Notes: generated by a model not told the origin, from the letters alone. A stretch of DNA of 64,000 nt from Eledone cirrhosa (GCA_964016885.1 OZ024751.1:37014001-37078000), one strand, 5' to 3'. Shown: positions 30,130 through 46,086, numbered from the stretch's first letter. Numbers and translations: made by a program.

Positions 30130-31269
30130 GAGCGTTTATATGAAAGCTAGTTACATATACCATAACAAAAGCATGCCTAGGATTTACAGTATATCTGTTA
30201 AGAACCTTCGGAAGAGCCAACCTGCTTTGTTGGGTTCGTTCCTGTGGAGTGTCATCTTTATTTACGCATCACACGTGAAAGTAGTTTAGGTCAAATGATG
30301 CCCGTGCTTGAAGCTTTGGTAAGTGAAGAGAGCCCTTGTACTGGTTCAATCCCATGCTCAGAACAACGGTGATAGTTATCTATAAACACAAATCGGTCAA
30401 CATGATTGGCTGCCAACAAGACATAGGCTTAACCTAAGAGTTGTCCGTCTCCTTGAATGATGCCTTGACAATAACTAGGGATCTCATACCCCGAGGAGCT
30501 AACCATCTGTTCGGGCAACAAACCGAATATTTCATGTCCACGTGCATAGCTATACAAAGTAGATATATATTATCAATAAAACATACAGTTTAACTATGGA
30601 AGAGGTGAGTAACTGACAAGTTAATTAAATGTTCTTTTCGTGTCTCCCGATTGCTTATTTTGTATCGTATAGTCAGCTGCACCTTTGTTTAGTCCATTTT
30701 ATACACAATAGACTAAATGTGGCTAACTCATCTCGTAAGTAGCTTCCATAGCATTGAGACATAAAGTATTTTAAAAGAAAATAAAGGAAAAAAAAGAGAG
30801 AAAGAAAAGCGCAAATAGTCATATATTTAATTGGTGTAGGTGATATATTAGCGTTTGTCAATTAGGAGACGATAAAAGAATTACAAGAAATCACTCTCTT
30901 GCGAATAATTAAAACAAAACCCTCCTAGGCCATGAATCAATTCGTATGGTAATAAACGTATTCCAGGAAACATTTAAAACTGGCTTCACATAAGTTATCA
31001 CTACCCAAGCCAAGAACACGCAGAGACAATGGTAGGATCGACAAATTAATATCGCATTATCTTAACAACTAGCTTGAAGTGTCTTAGATGTTACCGGAAG
31101 GAGGTTTTCGATTCGAAACGAGGTTTTTCTTTTGTCATTATAAAGCAAACGATGTATGTTCACCTGGCTTGCTTGATTCAATGACACTTTAGTAACGTGT
31201 TAACATTCTATAATCTCTTCGAACTTATGTGTAACATTTGATTGGTCAAAGCAACACACAGGAAATGTG

Positions 31270-31283
31270 GCGCCCTCTAGGCG
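31270..31283 (-). promoter_or_regulatory. CTCF-like motif
   Basis: Minus strand CGCCTAGAGGGCGC matches 12/14 positions of CCRSYAGRKGGCRS, in AT-rich unique DNA. Confidence 0.4.
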
Positions 31284-31832
31284 TCTCTCTTTAGATTAAC
31301 AATACTTTACGGAATAGATTGTTACCGACAATTTCTCTCTTCTTCCAGACGAACTAACAAGGAACTATAAACGATGTTTCGGCCATATTAAAGAGTTTCT
31401 ATGCCAGTGTCTTTGATTGAATTAATAAAATTAACACGACTTTAGAATGTTTGATGAAATCAAGACAGCGTTTGTCGTAACAACTTGAAAGAGGAACAAT
31501 TTTCATATGAGCATATATAAACAGCGAACAGTTAAGTTGTAGATACTAGATGAAAACTGTAATTCAAATTGTAGATTATAGTAACCAGTTATAGGAAGAT
31601 AACCATTTCAAACAGGAAACTACTTGATTCAAATATAATCAGAAGAATTCCAAATGAACAATACTACTCTACGTTAGCATCAGTCAATATTTTAAATGTA
31701 TTCATCACATCAGCTTCCAGAACGTTAGTTAAAGTAATATATTTAAATCGATTTTAATGACTATGTGCCCATCCTTCCCTAAAATCTGGCTTTCAGTGTA
31801 TGCAGACAAGGTCTTGTTTATTGACTTGCAGG

Positions 31833-31985
31833 CAGGCTTCATTGAGTGACTAAGTAGTTTGTAACCATAAGGTCCTAGATTCAAACCAACAATATGGCAT
31901 CTTGGGGAAATGTATTTAATATAATCTGGAATAGATCCAAGCTTTGTGAGTGATACTGGGAAGATAGAAACGGTGTGGAATCGCA
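31833..31985 (+). mobile_element. SINE family C, diverged
   Basis: GATTCAAACC B-box-like, GGCATCTTGGGGAAATGT...GCTTTGTGAGTGA...GAAAC. Confidence 0.6.
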
Positions 31986-32229
31986 CTGGATAGATTATGT
32001 TAGGGATTCACAGTTCTACACTTTGTCGTACGTAATTTTGTCGTATATTTTCTAACATTGATTCGGCAAGAAAACTATGCTAAATGTACCTAATTGGAAC
32101 TGCGAGCTTACGACACGAACTTATCAACATAACTATGATTGCTTCTACTTTGAAGCAAGAATGGCAGTACATTCTTTTGTGTAGGTGTGTTCATCAAAAC
32201 TGTAATTTTGTAGTAATTCAACTCCAGTT

Positions 32230-32452
32230 GTTTGATTAAACAACTTCCTGAGTGAAATAATAATCAAAGAAAATCTCGGGGAGATTCTGAGTGAGAGAAT
32301 TTCAAAATGTTCTTTAACATTATAGACGTAAGTCGTTTTTGCCAGCTGATTAAATTGGAATAACGTGGAATAAAGTGGCTTGCACAAGGAGACAAAGCGT
32401 AAAAATTCGAACTCATGACCGTGAGCTGAACATCTTATCCACTAAGCCACGC
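32230..32452 (-). mobile_element. SINE family B with Nin-like remnant
   Basis: TTTTTGCCAGCTGA...AACGTGGAATAAAGTG...TTCGAACTCATGACC...CCACTAAGCCACGC; CTCGGGGAGATTC. Confidence 0.75.
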
Positions 32453-32662
32453 TAGAACACACATTCTTGAGTAGAATTAATTAGTTCACAAACTCTGTGG
32501 TGTGATACGCAATTTTACTTATGTATTATGTTTATAGTTGACGCATGCAAGACTGAATCGATTTTATATCCGCCATACCGCTCTAGTATTTATTTATTAA
32601 TACTACTATTTCCTAATGAGTTTATTTGTATATATGTATACACACACATACACACACACGCA

Positions 32663-32787
<125 letters not shown>

Positions 32788-32835
32788 GTTATATTTGGAA
32801 AACGCAAATAAGATAAAGAAATATTTACTTAGAGC

Positions 32836-32875
<40 letters not shown>

Positions 32876-33066
32876 ATCAATATTATACGACGTGATCTAT
32901 ATGTGAAGTTACACATCACATCATATAAATAAATCAACGTGAATCAAATATTATTCTTCAAACAGTATCTATATATATTTTTTTAAAGTTGCTCTGAATT
33001 AACTTTTAGTGTTGAAGTAAATATTATATATATACTTCAATAACACGAACCTACATATTCATATAC

Positions 33067-33102
<36 letters not shown>

Positions 33103-33105
33103 GTA

Positions 33106-33147
<42 letters not shown>

Positions 33148-33148
33148 C

Positions 33149-33192
<44 letters not shown>

Positions 33193-33235
33193 ATATGGGT
33201 GAGAAGAATACTGCTAGTTGCACATGGATAACATG

Positions 33236-33318
<83 letters not shown>

Positions 33319-33384
33319 TAAATTTCTCTGTGAATTCGAAGTTTCGAAGAATCTTTTTGAACAAATGTTTGACAAATCTTCTTA

Positions 33385-33460
33385 GTATTAGTAATACACT
33401 GGGGCCGGTTTAATCGATTTTCCATGTCCCCCAATTTGCTGGCATTGTGCCTACAGTAAA
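33385..33460 (+). mobile_element. SINE family A 3' fragment
   Basis: AGTAATACACTGGGG...TTTAATCGATTT...TTGCTGGC. Confidence 0.7.
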
Positions 33461-33463
33461 CAT

Positions 33464-33535
<72 letters not shown>

Positions 33536-34217
33536 ATGTGAAAACGAAAAAAAGAAAAACAGAGCATGATGTTTGCATCTAAATTCAAAGTCTTTAAATT
33601 AATACTACATATATACCTGAACATTTGGTTACAACTAAATATATGAATTAACAAGTTCCACAAAACAACTTTATTAGATACTCCTAAAGAATACAAGATA
33701 GTACGTTAATTATATCACATTAAAAATTAAAGTTTTTACATTCATGCACCAAATACTCACGAAATTTTGTGCTTTATTAAATTTAATATGAGCTTTTGAA
33801 ATTTGAAATCACATGCGTCTATATTAGGCTGACATTATCAAAAAGTCTGAAGTAAAACGGGCTAATGCTTTCATCACATTGAAACAGAAAGACAGTAATT
33901 TAAAACTACTAATTTCCAGAAAGATCTGTCCGAGAATAAAGATACTAAAAGTATCTAAACTTAGAAATTTATCATAAATTTCCTGCTATTTTATTACATG
34001 ATGTTGTAAACTAAACCCTTATACTGCGGCCATGTTGGAACACTGTATTCAAGAGTTGTATTCCATTGAATTGCTATCAACATGACTGTTAATCTTTCTT
34101 TCGTAAGATACGAAAGGCCATTGTGAAATAGGTGGGATATATCAGGCAAGCAAGTTTACTAAAGTGTATTTCTATGAATATGTGCCTCCGGTTTCGATCA
34201 ATTAAGATATATATTAA

Positions 34218-34253
34218 TACAGTACTTGCATATATTGATGTATATACACATAA

Positions 34254-34332
<79 letters not shown>

Positions 34333-34347
34333 CATATACATATAAAT

Positions 34348-34379
<32 letters not shown>

Positions 34380-34392
34380 GTGCGTGTGTACT

Positions 34393-34423
<31 letters not shown>

Positions 34424-34483
34424 ATCAATATATAAACTTATGTGTATATACATCAATATATAACAATATATGCAAGTACTGTA
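34218..34483. repeat. Inverted repeat around a TA/CA array
   Basis: TACAGTACTTGCATATATTGATGTATATACACATAAGT mirrored at 34436-34483 with a 10-bp insertion. Confidence 0.85.
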
Positions 34484-34950
34484 AGTTTATATATTGATAT
34501 ATATATATATATATATATATATACAGTTATAAGTACACATATATATAATTATATATTGATGTTTATATATACATATAATTATATATATACGTATATATAC
34601 ATGTATATATGACAAAAAAAACAACTAAATATATACATAATAATATATACACACACACAAACACACACATGTAAGTAGGTGTGTCTGAGAATTAATATTA
34701 ACATAGATGGCTGTACGTTTCAGTATATATATATATATATATATATATATAAGCACATAATTTTTTTTCTGACAATCAGAAGATCGTTAATAGATGAATG
34801 TTGTTCAGCGGCGCTTATAAGAGATCAAAAGATAAACTAGGTTGTTAAATATAGATGTTTTTCCAATTCTACGATTAGAATAAAAGCTAGGCTGGTCGAT
34901 GGAGGAAAATATGTGAACACATTATTAATTTCAGGCACAGATAAACGACA

Positions 34951-35669
<719 letters not shown>

Positions 35670-36272
35670 TCATACACGTATAGAAACATACTTACGAACT
35701 TTCTAGACTGACTTCTTTTATATTTTCATACTAATATATTTATAAATATGAAGATAGATATGCACGTGAGTGTGTGTGTATATGTGTGTGATTATGTGTT
35801 TGTGTGTGTATATGTATCTATGTGTGTGCTTGTATGTGTGTTTATACGTACGTGCAGATTCTTGTATCGTACATGTCTGTGATCGTATATGCAATTTAGT
35901 ACCTGGCAGGTAAGTAAGTGCGTGCACTTTTGACTCAAAATACAATTGAAAGATACAGAAATGTATGCTGCGCACTGCTTTGCATTTATTAGGATTACTA
36001 CAAAGACAAATAATCTCACAAGCTGGTATAAACCTTATAAATACTTATATAAATACACTAAAATATAATTGCTATCATTTTATTTGGCACACATGCCTGT
36101 AAGAGTAGGTATATATACACTAGCGTTGAGTTTCCATATTGAAGAATGCTAAATTATCTAGATTAAATTAAAACGTTAAAATGAAGCATAGTAAGACAAT
36201 TAATGTGACTTACATAAACACCAACACCACCCACCCATCTATAAACCTACAAAATTACCTATACACACACAC

Positions 36273-36307
<35 letters not shown>

Positions 36308-36308
<1 letters not shown>

Positions 36309-36390
36309 ATTCGCAATCGTGAGGTTCGATTCCTAGAGCGGGCGATGCGTTATGTCCTTGAGCAAGACACTTTATTTCACGTTGCTCCTT
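36308..36390 (+). mobile_element. SINE family B head fragment
   Basis: GGTTCGATTCC B-box then GTCCTTGAGCAAGACACTTTATTTCACGTTGCTCC. Confidence 0.85.
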
Positions 36391-36688
36391 CTCCCTGGAG
36401 TTGCCACCGATAGATAGTGTTAGCAGTTGGAAAGACCAACGGAAACATTCTTTCCTCGGTCCGATTTGACGAAAGTTGAGCGAAAATAAACAAACAAAAA
36501 CATATATATGAGAGTATTGAAGTTTGCTTGAAGAATTGTGGAATAAAAAGATTTTTTTGGGGGGTTTTTCCTACGTTCCTCTACACACTATACATCTCAT
36601 TCTACATTCCCTTATATATCTCACTTCACCACCGGATCCTGTTACCCGGAGATTTACCCATCTGCATTGTTGAGGCTTCCAAAACGAC

Positions 36689-36814
<126 letters not shown>

Positions 36815-37062
36815 ATATTATAGATGTAGCGAGATCTAGGCAAATAGATGTCTATTGAAACGTACGTAAGAACCGAATAAATCTCTTTTACTGCATCTTT
36901 CTGTTCTTTTTAATTCTTTATACACGCCCCGGAGTATAGCTAAACTGGAATATGCACCTTTTTTCTGCATTTCGTTGAGCACCACTCTGTTGTAAGCTGA
37001 CATTCCACTACATGGTACATAACACTGTGTCCTGGAAAACATTAATGCACTCGTGCATAACC

Positions 37063-37109
<47 letters not shown>

Positions 37110-37178
37110 TATATATATTGATATATATATATTGATATATATATATTTATATATATATATTGATATATATATATTATT

Positions 37179-37244
<66 letters not shown>

Positions 37245-37342
37245 CATATATATATTTATATATATATTATTTATATATATATATAAAACAAGAACAAATA
37301 TGCACCATCCCACATGTATACATTTGTTTATGTATATGCTTA

Positions 37343-37525
<183 letters not shown>

Positions 37526-38234
37526 TATATCCTCACATATTCCTGACCCTATAATGTAAATAATTCAGATGTATATGCCTTTACATTACGAGTTACATTA
37601 TATATTAAATATACTATAAATCAACGCGTCAACCGAATCTTATTGAAATCATACGTTTTTCACGTATGTACATGTATATAAATGTGTATGTATGTATCTA
37701 TGTATTTATGGATGTATGCATGTAGGTGCAATCCTAATTCTGATATCCCTAGCTGTTTGTAGGTCTTTTTTATATCGCCATGAAGTTACAATGTTCAATT
37801 ATTCTATAATAATTCAATCAATTTATCTCTATCTATCTCTATTTATATTTAGCTATCTATCAAGCCTTCCCCACATGTCAGATGAAAATTGAATTCTGTG
37901 TGTTTGTCACTTTTAACATCTATCCATGCATAGACCTTTCCCTCCATTTTTCTCGACACCTATTCGTCTAGATTTCTCTTGTTACTTTTTTCCCCCATAA
38001 TTCTCAACGCAAATATCTCCGTGCATCTTCTACCTGTCTATGAATCAGCTTGTCTCAACATCTCCTATAGGTTTTAATCTTATTCTTACACGCTCGAAAC
38101 TGCAGCTCTCTTTCAGACATGGTATGTTTCTCTGTGAGTCTGTGTCTGTATGTGTGTATGTGCGTATTTGTGTGCGTATATGTGTGTGTGTGTGTATGTG
38201 TGCGTGTGTGTATGTGTGTGTGTGTGTGTTTCAA

Positions 38235-38745
38235 TGTCAAAGTTCAGCGCTGTCCAACTACTCAACCCACGGATTAAACAACTCCTCCACTCAAACGCTT
38301 TTTCTGTTAAGAATCATCCCCGTGTATTGTGAGTACATTAACGTGTGTGTGTGAAAGTGTGTGTATGTGTATGTGTGTGTGTGTGTGTGTGTAAGAAATA
38401 TCACTAGAAATGTGTTTCTATGTGTGTGTGTGTGTGTAAGTAACATCAGTAGAAATGTGTTTGCGTATGTGTGTGTGTCAATTAGAAATGTGTTCATTTG
38501 TGTTTGTGTGTGTGTTTGTATGTGTGTGTGTGTGTATATATGTAAGAAACATCACTAGAGATGTGTTTGTGTCTGTGTGTGTGTGTGTAAGAAACATCAG
38601 GAGAAATGTGTATGTATGTGTGTGTGTAGATAACGTGTTTGAGTATACATATGTGTGTGAGTGTCAAAGTTCAGATTTTCCATCAGCTCAATCACAGATT
38701 AAAGGAGACCTCCACTCAAGCGTGTTTCTATCAAGAAACATCTAC
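38235..38745. repeat. Diverged ~85-bp direct repeats bracketing a (GT)n array punctuated by AAGAAACATCACTAGAAATG motifs
   Basis: TGTCAAAGTTCAG...CCTCCACTCAA at about 38235 and 38663; about 5 motif copies between them. Confidence 0.8.
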
Positions 38746-38894
38746 AGAGAGGCCACACCTATATCAAGATCCTTATCAATTTCACCTACGAAAGAGCAGC
38801 AATTTATGAATAAAATAATGCAATCCTCATTTATAAAGCTCCACGCTCCCTTAAAAATAAATTGCATGGAATTCAGTGTATATTTTAATAACAG

Positions 38895-38995
38895 TCTCTA
38901 CTTTTGGCACAAGGCCAGCATTTATCCCAGTGCATTACTGGTACTTTATTTTATCGACCCCGTAAGAATGAAAGCAAAGTTAATCTCGGCGGGAT
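38895..38995 (-). mobile_element. SINE family A fragment
   Basis: GGCACAAGGCCAGCA...CTGGTACTTTATTTTATCGACCCCGTAAG. Confidence 0.9.
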
Positions 38996-39263
38996 GCCAT
39001 CACTACTGAGATGTGTGAACTCAAATTGAGTTCACACGTCTGATAAATAGATAGATAAAGGAGTCACATCTATCATATCGATAAAGACCTGGCACCAACC
39101 GTGTGTGAAACATACGTAACGTTCTATGTACATATATATTAAAAATTGTTAGAAAGTTAAGGATATGAAATTATCATTTATTCTTTCATCTCTACGTAAT
39201 GCGCGTTGAGCTTGTTTCATTTTACCAAAGATAATAGTGAAGTAGAACACTATAATTACATAT

Positions 39264-39336
<73 letters not shown>

Positions 39337-39341
<5 letters not shown>

Positions 39342-39470
39342 CTGTTGAAATGGCCGGAGCTCAGCCGTCGGGGCCCTGGGTATTTTCATATTATTGACTA
39401 TACTACCCCAAGTATCGGGTACTTTCGTGGGTTATGGTCCAAATGGTATTTTACCACACCCTTTCTCATA
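39337..39470. mobile_element. Diverged inverted copy of the 16010-16140 repeat
   Basis: Reverse complement reads TGTGGTAAAATACCATTTGGACCATAACCCACGAAAGTACCCGATACTTGGGGTAGTA...CCCCGACGGCTGAG; TA-flanked. Confidence 0.85.
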
Positions 39471-39998
39471 TATCTCTCTATCTCTCTCTCTATCTATCTA
39501 TATATATATATATATGTAAATAGTTATGTAATAAACAACATAAGGCAATTATTTCATTTACCAGTGGTTTCTTAAAAGCAAAAAAATGTTGCTTTCAATC
39601 ATCAGAATGAAAAATTCTGGTTTATTTATTGACGTTGGATTTTAAAAACAATGTATATATATGTATTTAAAAACATATGATTTGTATATATGTATATATA
39701 TATGTATATTTGTATATATGTATATATATGTATTTAAAATATATGATTTTAAAAACAATGTATATATATAAATTTAAAGCTGTTAACATTCAAATGCTAT
39801 ATATATAGAGAGAGAGAGAAAAAAGAGAATCATTGTTGCGACGAAAATAATTTATTGGACATATTAGAATTGTTTCTCGGGCGACTTGCTCGAGGCACGA
39901 TCGATGTGGTGATCGAACCTGACTCTGAAATCACGCTGTCCTCGGATAAGTCTCGATTCTACGAAGCAGATTTTCATATTATATATATATATATATGA

Positions 39999-40115
39999 TA
40001 TTAAAATAACAGATTAAAGTGTAAACAATGAATCGCTGCTTTCACCCTTAACGGGATCTTTATCCATTATCGAACTCTCTTAGGATTTTAGTCTTCACAT
40101 TTATTATTATTACTA
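39999..40115. mobile_element. Short TA-associated repeat family (other pieces at 27560-27606, 47085-47118 inverted, 50113-50190)
   Basis: Shared ATTAAAATAACAGATTAAAG...GAATCGCTGCTTTCACCCTT and TTTAGTCTTCA.ATTTATTATTATTACTA ends. Confidence 0.8.
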
Positions 40116-40136
40116 TATATATATATAACTCTATAA

Positions 40137-40294
<158 letters not shown>

Positions 40295-40314
40295 CATCTG
40301 AAGATTAACAGCTT

Positions 40315-40445
40315 TTAATTCAGGCACAAGGCACAAGGTCTGCAATTTGACGGAGGAGGAATACCGACCAGTTCGACCTCAGTAAATAACTGGTACTCTA
40401 TTTTCTCTATCCATGGAAAATGAAAGTCAACCTTACTTCAGTGAG
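40315..40445 (-). mobile_element. SINE family A, degenerate
   Basis: GGCACAAGG duplicated, TCGACCTCAGT...CTGGTACT. Confidence 0.6.
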
Positions 40446-40721
40446 TGTTATAACATATATGATGCGATTTGAAATTCAAGCTTTTCAACCACGTGACAGA
40501 TACCACATGCACTCTTCTGTTATGGTTTCTATATCTTGTGAAAAAGAATTACACAATATTTCTTATAAAATAATTTTAAAAAAAATAAATAAATAAATAA
40601 AATAAATAAATAAAAAAATGAAATATATTAAAAAAAATCGCCCACACATGTTTGGATTATAAACAATTTCCTATTCCGGTTAGTGTATATTTATTTCTTC
40701 TTGTTTTGCTTTTATCGGCAT

Positions 40722-40787
<66 letters not shown>

Positions 40788-40791
40788 TACC

Positions 40792-40822
<31 letters not shown>

Positions 40823-41422
40823 ATGTGTGTGTGTGTGTGTACCAATATATATATATATATATATAGGTACATACATTTATGTGTATGCATATGTGTGTGT
40901 ATGTGTGTGTGTGTTCATGTGCTTGTGTGTGTTCGTATGTGTGTGTGTGTTTGTGCATTGTTGTTTTTGTTCTTTTTACCTTTAAGTGATTTAACGTTGG
41001 TGGAAATAAACTAGCTTCATAAATCACGATGACACGCCACCATCGCCCGTGACACTCCCTCACCCCCCACTTTGATACACTAGTCTGCCTTGTGATGAAT
41101 AACTTCCGCCGACAATGTCTGCCTCATCGATTTATCAATAGGACAATGAAACAACCATCGAATCCCGTCTATCTTCGATCCCATCCCCATTCATAGAAAA
41201 CACACACGTACACACAAACACGCACACACACTCAAACGTATACGACCTGTACTTCACACATACACATTTCCCCCATCTATCACGCCTCAGCACTGTTCGA
41301 TCATATATTTCTCTCCCTATGACTAGCTCTTCTCACTTCCTCCCTATATATATATCTATATATGTATATATGCATGTATATATGTATATACATAGATACG
41401 TCGTTATTTCCCTCTCTCTATC

Positions 41423-41475
<53 letters not shown>

Positions 41476-41478
41476 ATT

Positions 41479-41511
<33 letters not shown>

Positions 41512-41513
41512 TT

Positions 41514-41611
<98 letters not shown>

Positions 41612-41613
41612 TT

Positions 41614-41681
<68 letters not shown>

Positions 41682-41938
41682 GTATGTATGAATGTATGTA
41701 TGTATTTATGTGTGTATGTATGTATATGCACATATTACAATGTACAGTTATTTAGAATACAAGAATCGACTGAAGCACGTACTGTGAGTGACGTGGTTAT
41801 GTTATGGCCGATTCTTTCTTTACAATGTCTTTGAGAGAATTTTTTTCTTTGATGTCAGCTGACTATGCGTGTCAGGGAATTGTCTTTTTATGCTAAAGAA
41901 AAGCCGTGACATTAGAGGAATATTAACGAATGCAGGAG

Positions 41939-41969
<31 letters not shown>

Positions 41970-42010
41970 AATAGAGAGAGATATGGAGAGAGAGAGATAT
42001 GGAGAGAGTG

Positions 42011-42049
<39 letters not shown>

Positions 42050-42618
42050 GAGAATAAAAATAAAATATGATAAAAATAATACGACCAACAGAGCTAGCTA
42101 ACCTAAAGAACATAAACGTGTACAAAGATAGGGAGGTCGAAGAAAAACGGTTAATAACCTGGCCTTACCATATTTCTTTGATACATTCCTGATTGGTGCC
42201 TGTCTCTACAGACTGTTAATAGCTTTGGAGGTATATTTTGACCACCAAGGCATTCATCTATTGACGACATGTATCTTTTCGGTTTTTCAAGAAATTCTCT
42301 ACAGAACTGAAGTATAAAAATCTTCGACAATAGCCTCCACCCTTCTCCCCCATCTCCCAATATTCTATTACATGAGAATTTCTTGAAGTGGAAAATTCCT
42401 TGTTTTCTTTCCTTTATTGTGTTTTTATTGCTTTTTAAAAACATTTTTCATTGCTTTTTAATGCTTCACATATACCCAGCCTTGTTAAATGTATGCCGTA
42501 TGATAGTGTATGATTTAACATATATATGGATGCATATATATATTGTATATGTAATATGATATATATATATATATATACACATATATGTGTGTGTGTGTAT
42601 ATATATATATAAATGCCT

Positions 42619-42675
<57 letters not shown>

Positions 42676-44103
42676 AGTATATATATATAAACGCCATGAT
42701 ATATATATATATATAGATATGTACATGTGTGTATGGGTGTGAATGTATATATATATATACATGTGTGTGTGTGTATGTATATATATATATGTGTGTACGT
42801 GTGTGTGTATGTGTGTATGTGTATGTGTGTGTGTGTATATGTTAGTAGTTTATTCTACGCAATGTGTGTGCAGCATCTTCTTTATTTTTTCTTTTGTAGA
42901 TTTTGCGTACGAGAAAGTTTTGGAATCCTGGTTATAAATCTACCACCTTTTTTTTCTCTATGTTCTTGCTTGCAATGCACCTATTATTAAGGAAAAATCT
43001 TCCTGCTCTATAGCTCGTCAGTTCTTCTCGCTTCTGCATATCTCTGTTTCTGCTATTTGCATTTGTATAATAGTTTTTGATCTTTCATGCTCTCAGTTTG
43101 TTCTTTTGTACTCTTGCTGCTCCACTTGTATCATTCGTTGTTTTCTGAGTGGGTGGTAGATTCTTTCATGGCCGAATGGCTAAACATATTCGGTACACAA
43201 TTGCTACATCCAGCGTTCAATTGAACTGCAAGTATCATTTTCTATATCTTCGGTCTGACTCAATTCTCGAGACTGGAATTTGACTTCAGAACGTAAAAGG
43301 CCGTATCTATACCACAAATCATCTTGTCCAACACTCTACCGACTCAGGCAGCCCATCCCTTCTTCTTCTACTACTACGACTAACAATAATTTCTTTATTG
43401 GCCACTAGGGACTACAAATAGGGGACAATACAAAGACACTGTGGGGTTTACAATCAAATCGAGTTGAAAGCAAAGATAACAATAACAAAATATAAATAAA
43501 ATTACAACAAAATAAATTCCCTATAGAGGAACACCACCGCCATTATTACTACCAATACCACCTAGAATACGACTAAATCATACCAACACCATCAACAACA
43601 ACACCACTACTACTACCGTTATTGTTTCGGCTCCATTGTTATTAACGACTGCATATTATTAAACTGTTTACCTCCAAAATGTCGACCATTTTTTCCTATT
43701 TACAATATTTTCGTCTCCTCAGAAATATCACTAGTGTTTATATGTCACCTTAGACACGTTTACAATTTTACAATTCCCTCCCCTCTCCCTCCTTCCCGCC
43801 GCCAACCAATTCTCTGATGTTTTTCACAAATGCGTAATCATTTTTCTTGTATTTTAATTCCCGCAATTTCGTTCAACTTTTTCAACAGATTTCTCTCCCC
43901 TTACCTCACAACATCTCACTCACCACGTTGTTATTCTGTTTATTAACTTACATTTTTTACCCCCATTTATTTTAAAATCTATTTATTTTGCTGGGAAATG
44001 TGTTTTTTTTTTTTTGTATTTCACCTTTTTATTTTTATTTTACATTACTTACTACATTGAAAACATTTAATCGCAAGTCATTAGAGGAGACGACAACCTA
44101 CAA

Positions 44104-44144
<41 letters not shown>

Positions 44145-44570
44145 TAATAATAATAACATGCAAGTATATGTGATCGTTAACTAACTAACTATATAACATC
44201 TTTTGTGAGTTGCAGTAATTTATAGCATTTTCAGTTTGCTATCTATCTATTTACACAGAGGCATGTAAATATGTATGTATATATGCAAATATAATTGTAT
44301 GTATGAATACATGCTTTATGAATGAATGTATATGTATTCATGTATTATTATCCTTCTCTAGCTATCATTTTATCTCACTTTCTGTCTATGTATCTATGAA
44401 AAGTTCTCTCTTTCTTATTTTACCTAATTCCGTCTCTGTCACGTTTCTTTGCCCAAAATATATATAAATGTGATTATTCACACATATGCATCAACTTCCA
44501 TAAACTAGTGTTATTGTATATCTACATACGCATACACATTTCGATCTCTCTCTCTCTCCCTCTCTCTCTG

Positions 44571-44697
<127 letters not shown>

Positions 44698-46086
44698 TGA
44701 TAGTAGGAAATGGCCAATATGTACAGTAGAGTTGCTGATACACAAAATAAGACAATATGGACAATGAATATGAACAAACAAATATATATAGGTAACGGCC
44801 AGATTCGTTTCGAACCCACACATATATCCGCCTAAATCTATCGCATGCAATCAATCGATTTCTTCCCAATTATATATGAAAATGTCCAATACCTTCATGG
44901 CCGTTTTAATATCAAGGGATTTTAGAGAATATGAACGCTTACAGCAATAATACTCGCACAAATTTACCTCATTTGGTCACATTCCATGAGAGTATCCTGT
45001 CAACTTATGAGCGGTTTAGCCGACCCCTCGTATGTAAATATATATATATATATATATATAAATATAATTTCAGCGAGATCGAATTTCGGCAGTGGTCGAA
45101 AACAAAGCGAAACTCAATATCCGAGTTATGTGACAAGAGCTCCTTGGACTAAACAAAAACCCAGAGCAATAAACATAGGTTATAGAGCGCAAACAAACTG
45201 AGATGGCGATCAAGAGGCCATCAGCGACCTAAGCCAAAAAAACGAAGCAAGCCAAACAGATCAAACAAATATATATATACATAAAATTATAATAGTTGTA
45301 AATCGAAGTTTTAGCTGTTATACAGCATTTACTATTCGATTTGTTTGAGGCAATCACAAAACACTCAATGGATCGAAAGTTAAAAACAAAAATTAGGTCT
45401 AGAGTAAACCCAACAGTAATATAGTGTGACGCGATGAAAACCGACCGAATGCACCGGCTAACCCCCCCCCCCCATATATATATAATGTATGGATAAATAT
45501 GCTGAGGGAGGTATTTAATATACTAGCGTACGCAAAATGAAGTAACATTGACTAAATCAATACTCAATACATGTGATCAGAGTAAATGTTTGATAAACAA
45601 AAGTAAAGAGAAACTATAGCAGTGATGTCTAGGTTTTGCCAAATGTATCTTTTACTCCCACGGTAAACTTCTGCGTACAAATCTTCACACATTCGTAATA
45701 TTTTTACAAGTAGCTTGCAGATCTATTTCCTTCACAACTGAGTTAAGGAAAGTAACGCAGGAATTAGGCACTAATAATAATAATAATATAAAATATGCAA
45801 ACAAAAAATAACACGCAAAAACTCAGAGTGACTCATACACCCTTAACAGACACCAACAAACACATGAATACACAAACCTACAAACCCATATATATTTACT
45901 CAAAGTTAATTCTATATATATATTTATATATATATATAATATCTGTCTGCATGTATTCTTCTGGTAATATATTTAAATATAATTTATTCATGTGAATTTA
46001 CATACTTGTTAGCCACTGTCTGAAAGCTTTATAATTGTGCATAATAGTTTTTTGGGGTTTTCATTTTATTACTTTTTATTTTTACT

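Noticed and set aside
30674-30726. Pre-miRNA-like hairpin (TTTAGTC/GACTAAA)
   Set aside because: Large asymmetric bulge, short stem, and no match to conserved miRNA sequences that I recognise.
38390-38615. CRISPR-like repeat/spacer pattern
   Set aside because: Spacers are (GT)n, repeats are degenerate, no cas genes, eukaryotic context.
39585-39610. CUGAUGA-uu-GAAA on the minus strand (similar at 43700-43725)
   Set aside because: No stem II and no convincing stem I/III; expected by chance in AT-rich DNA.
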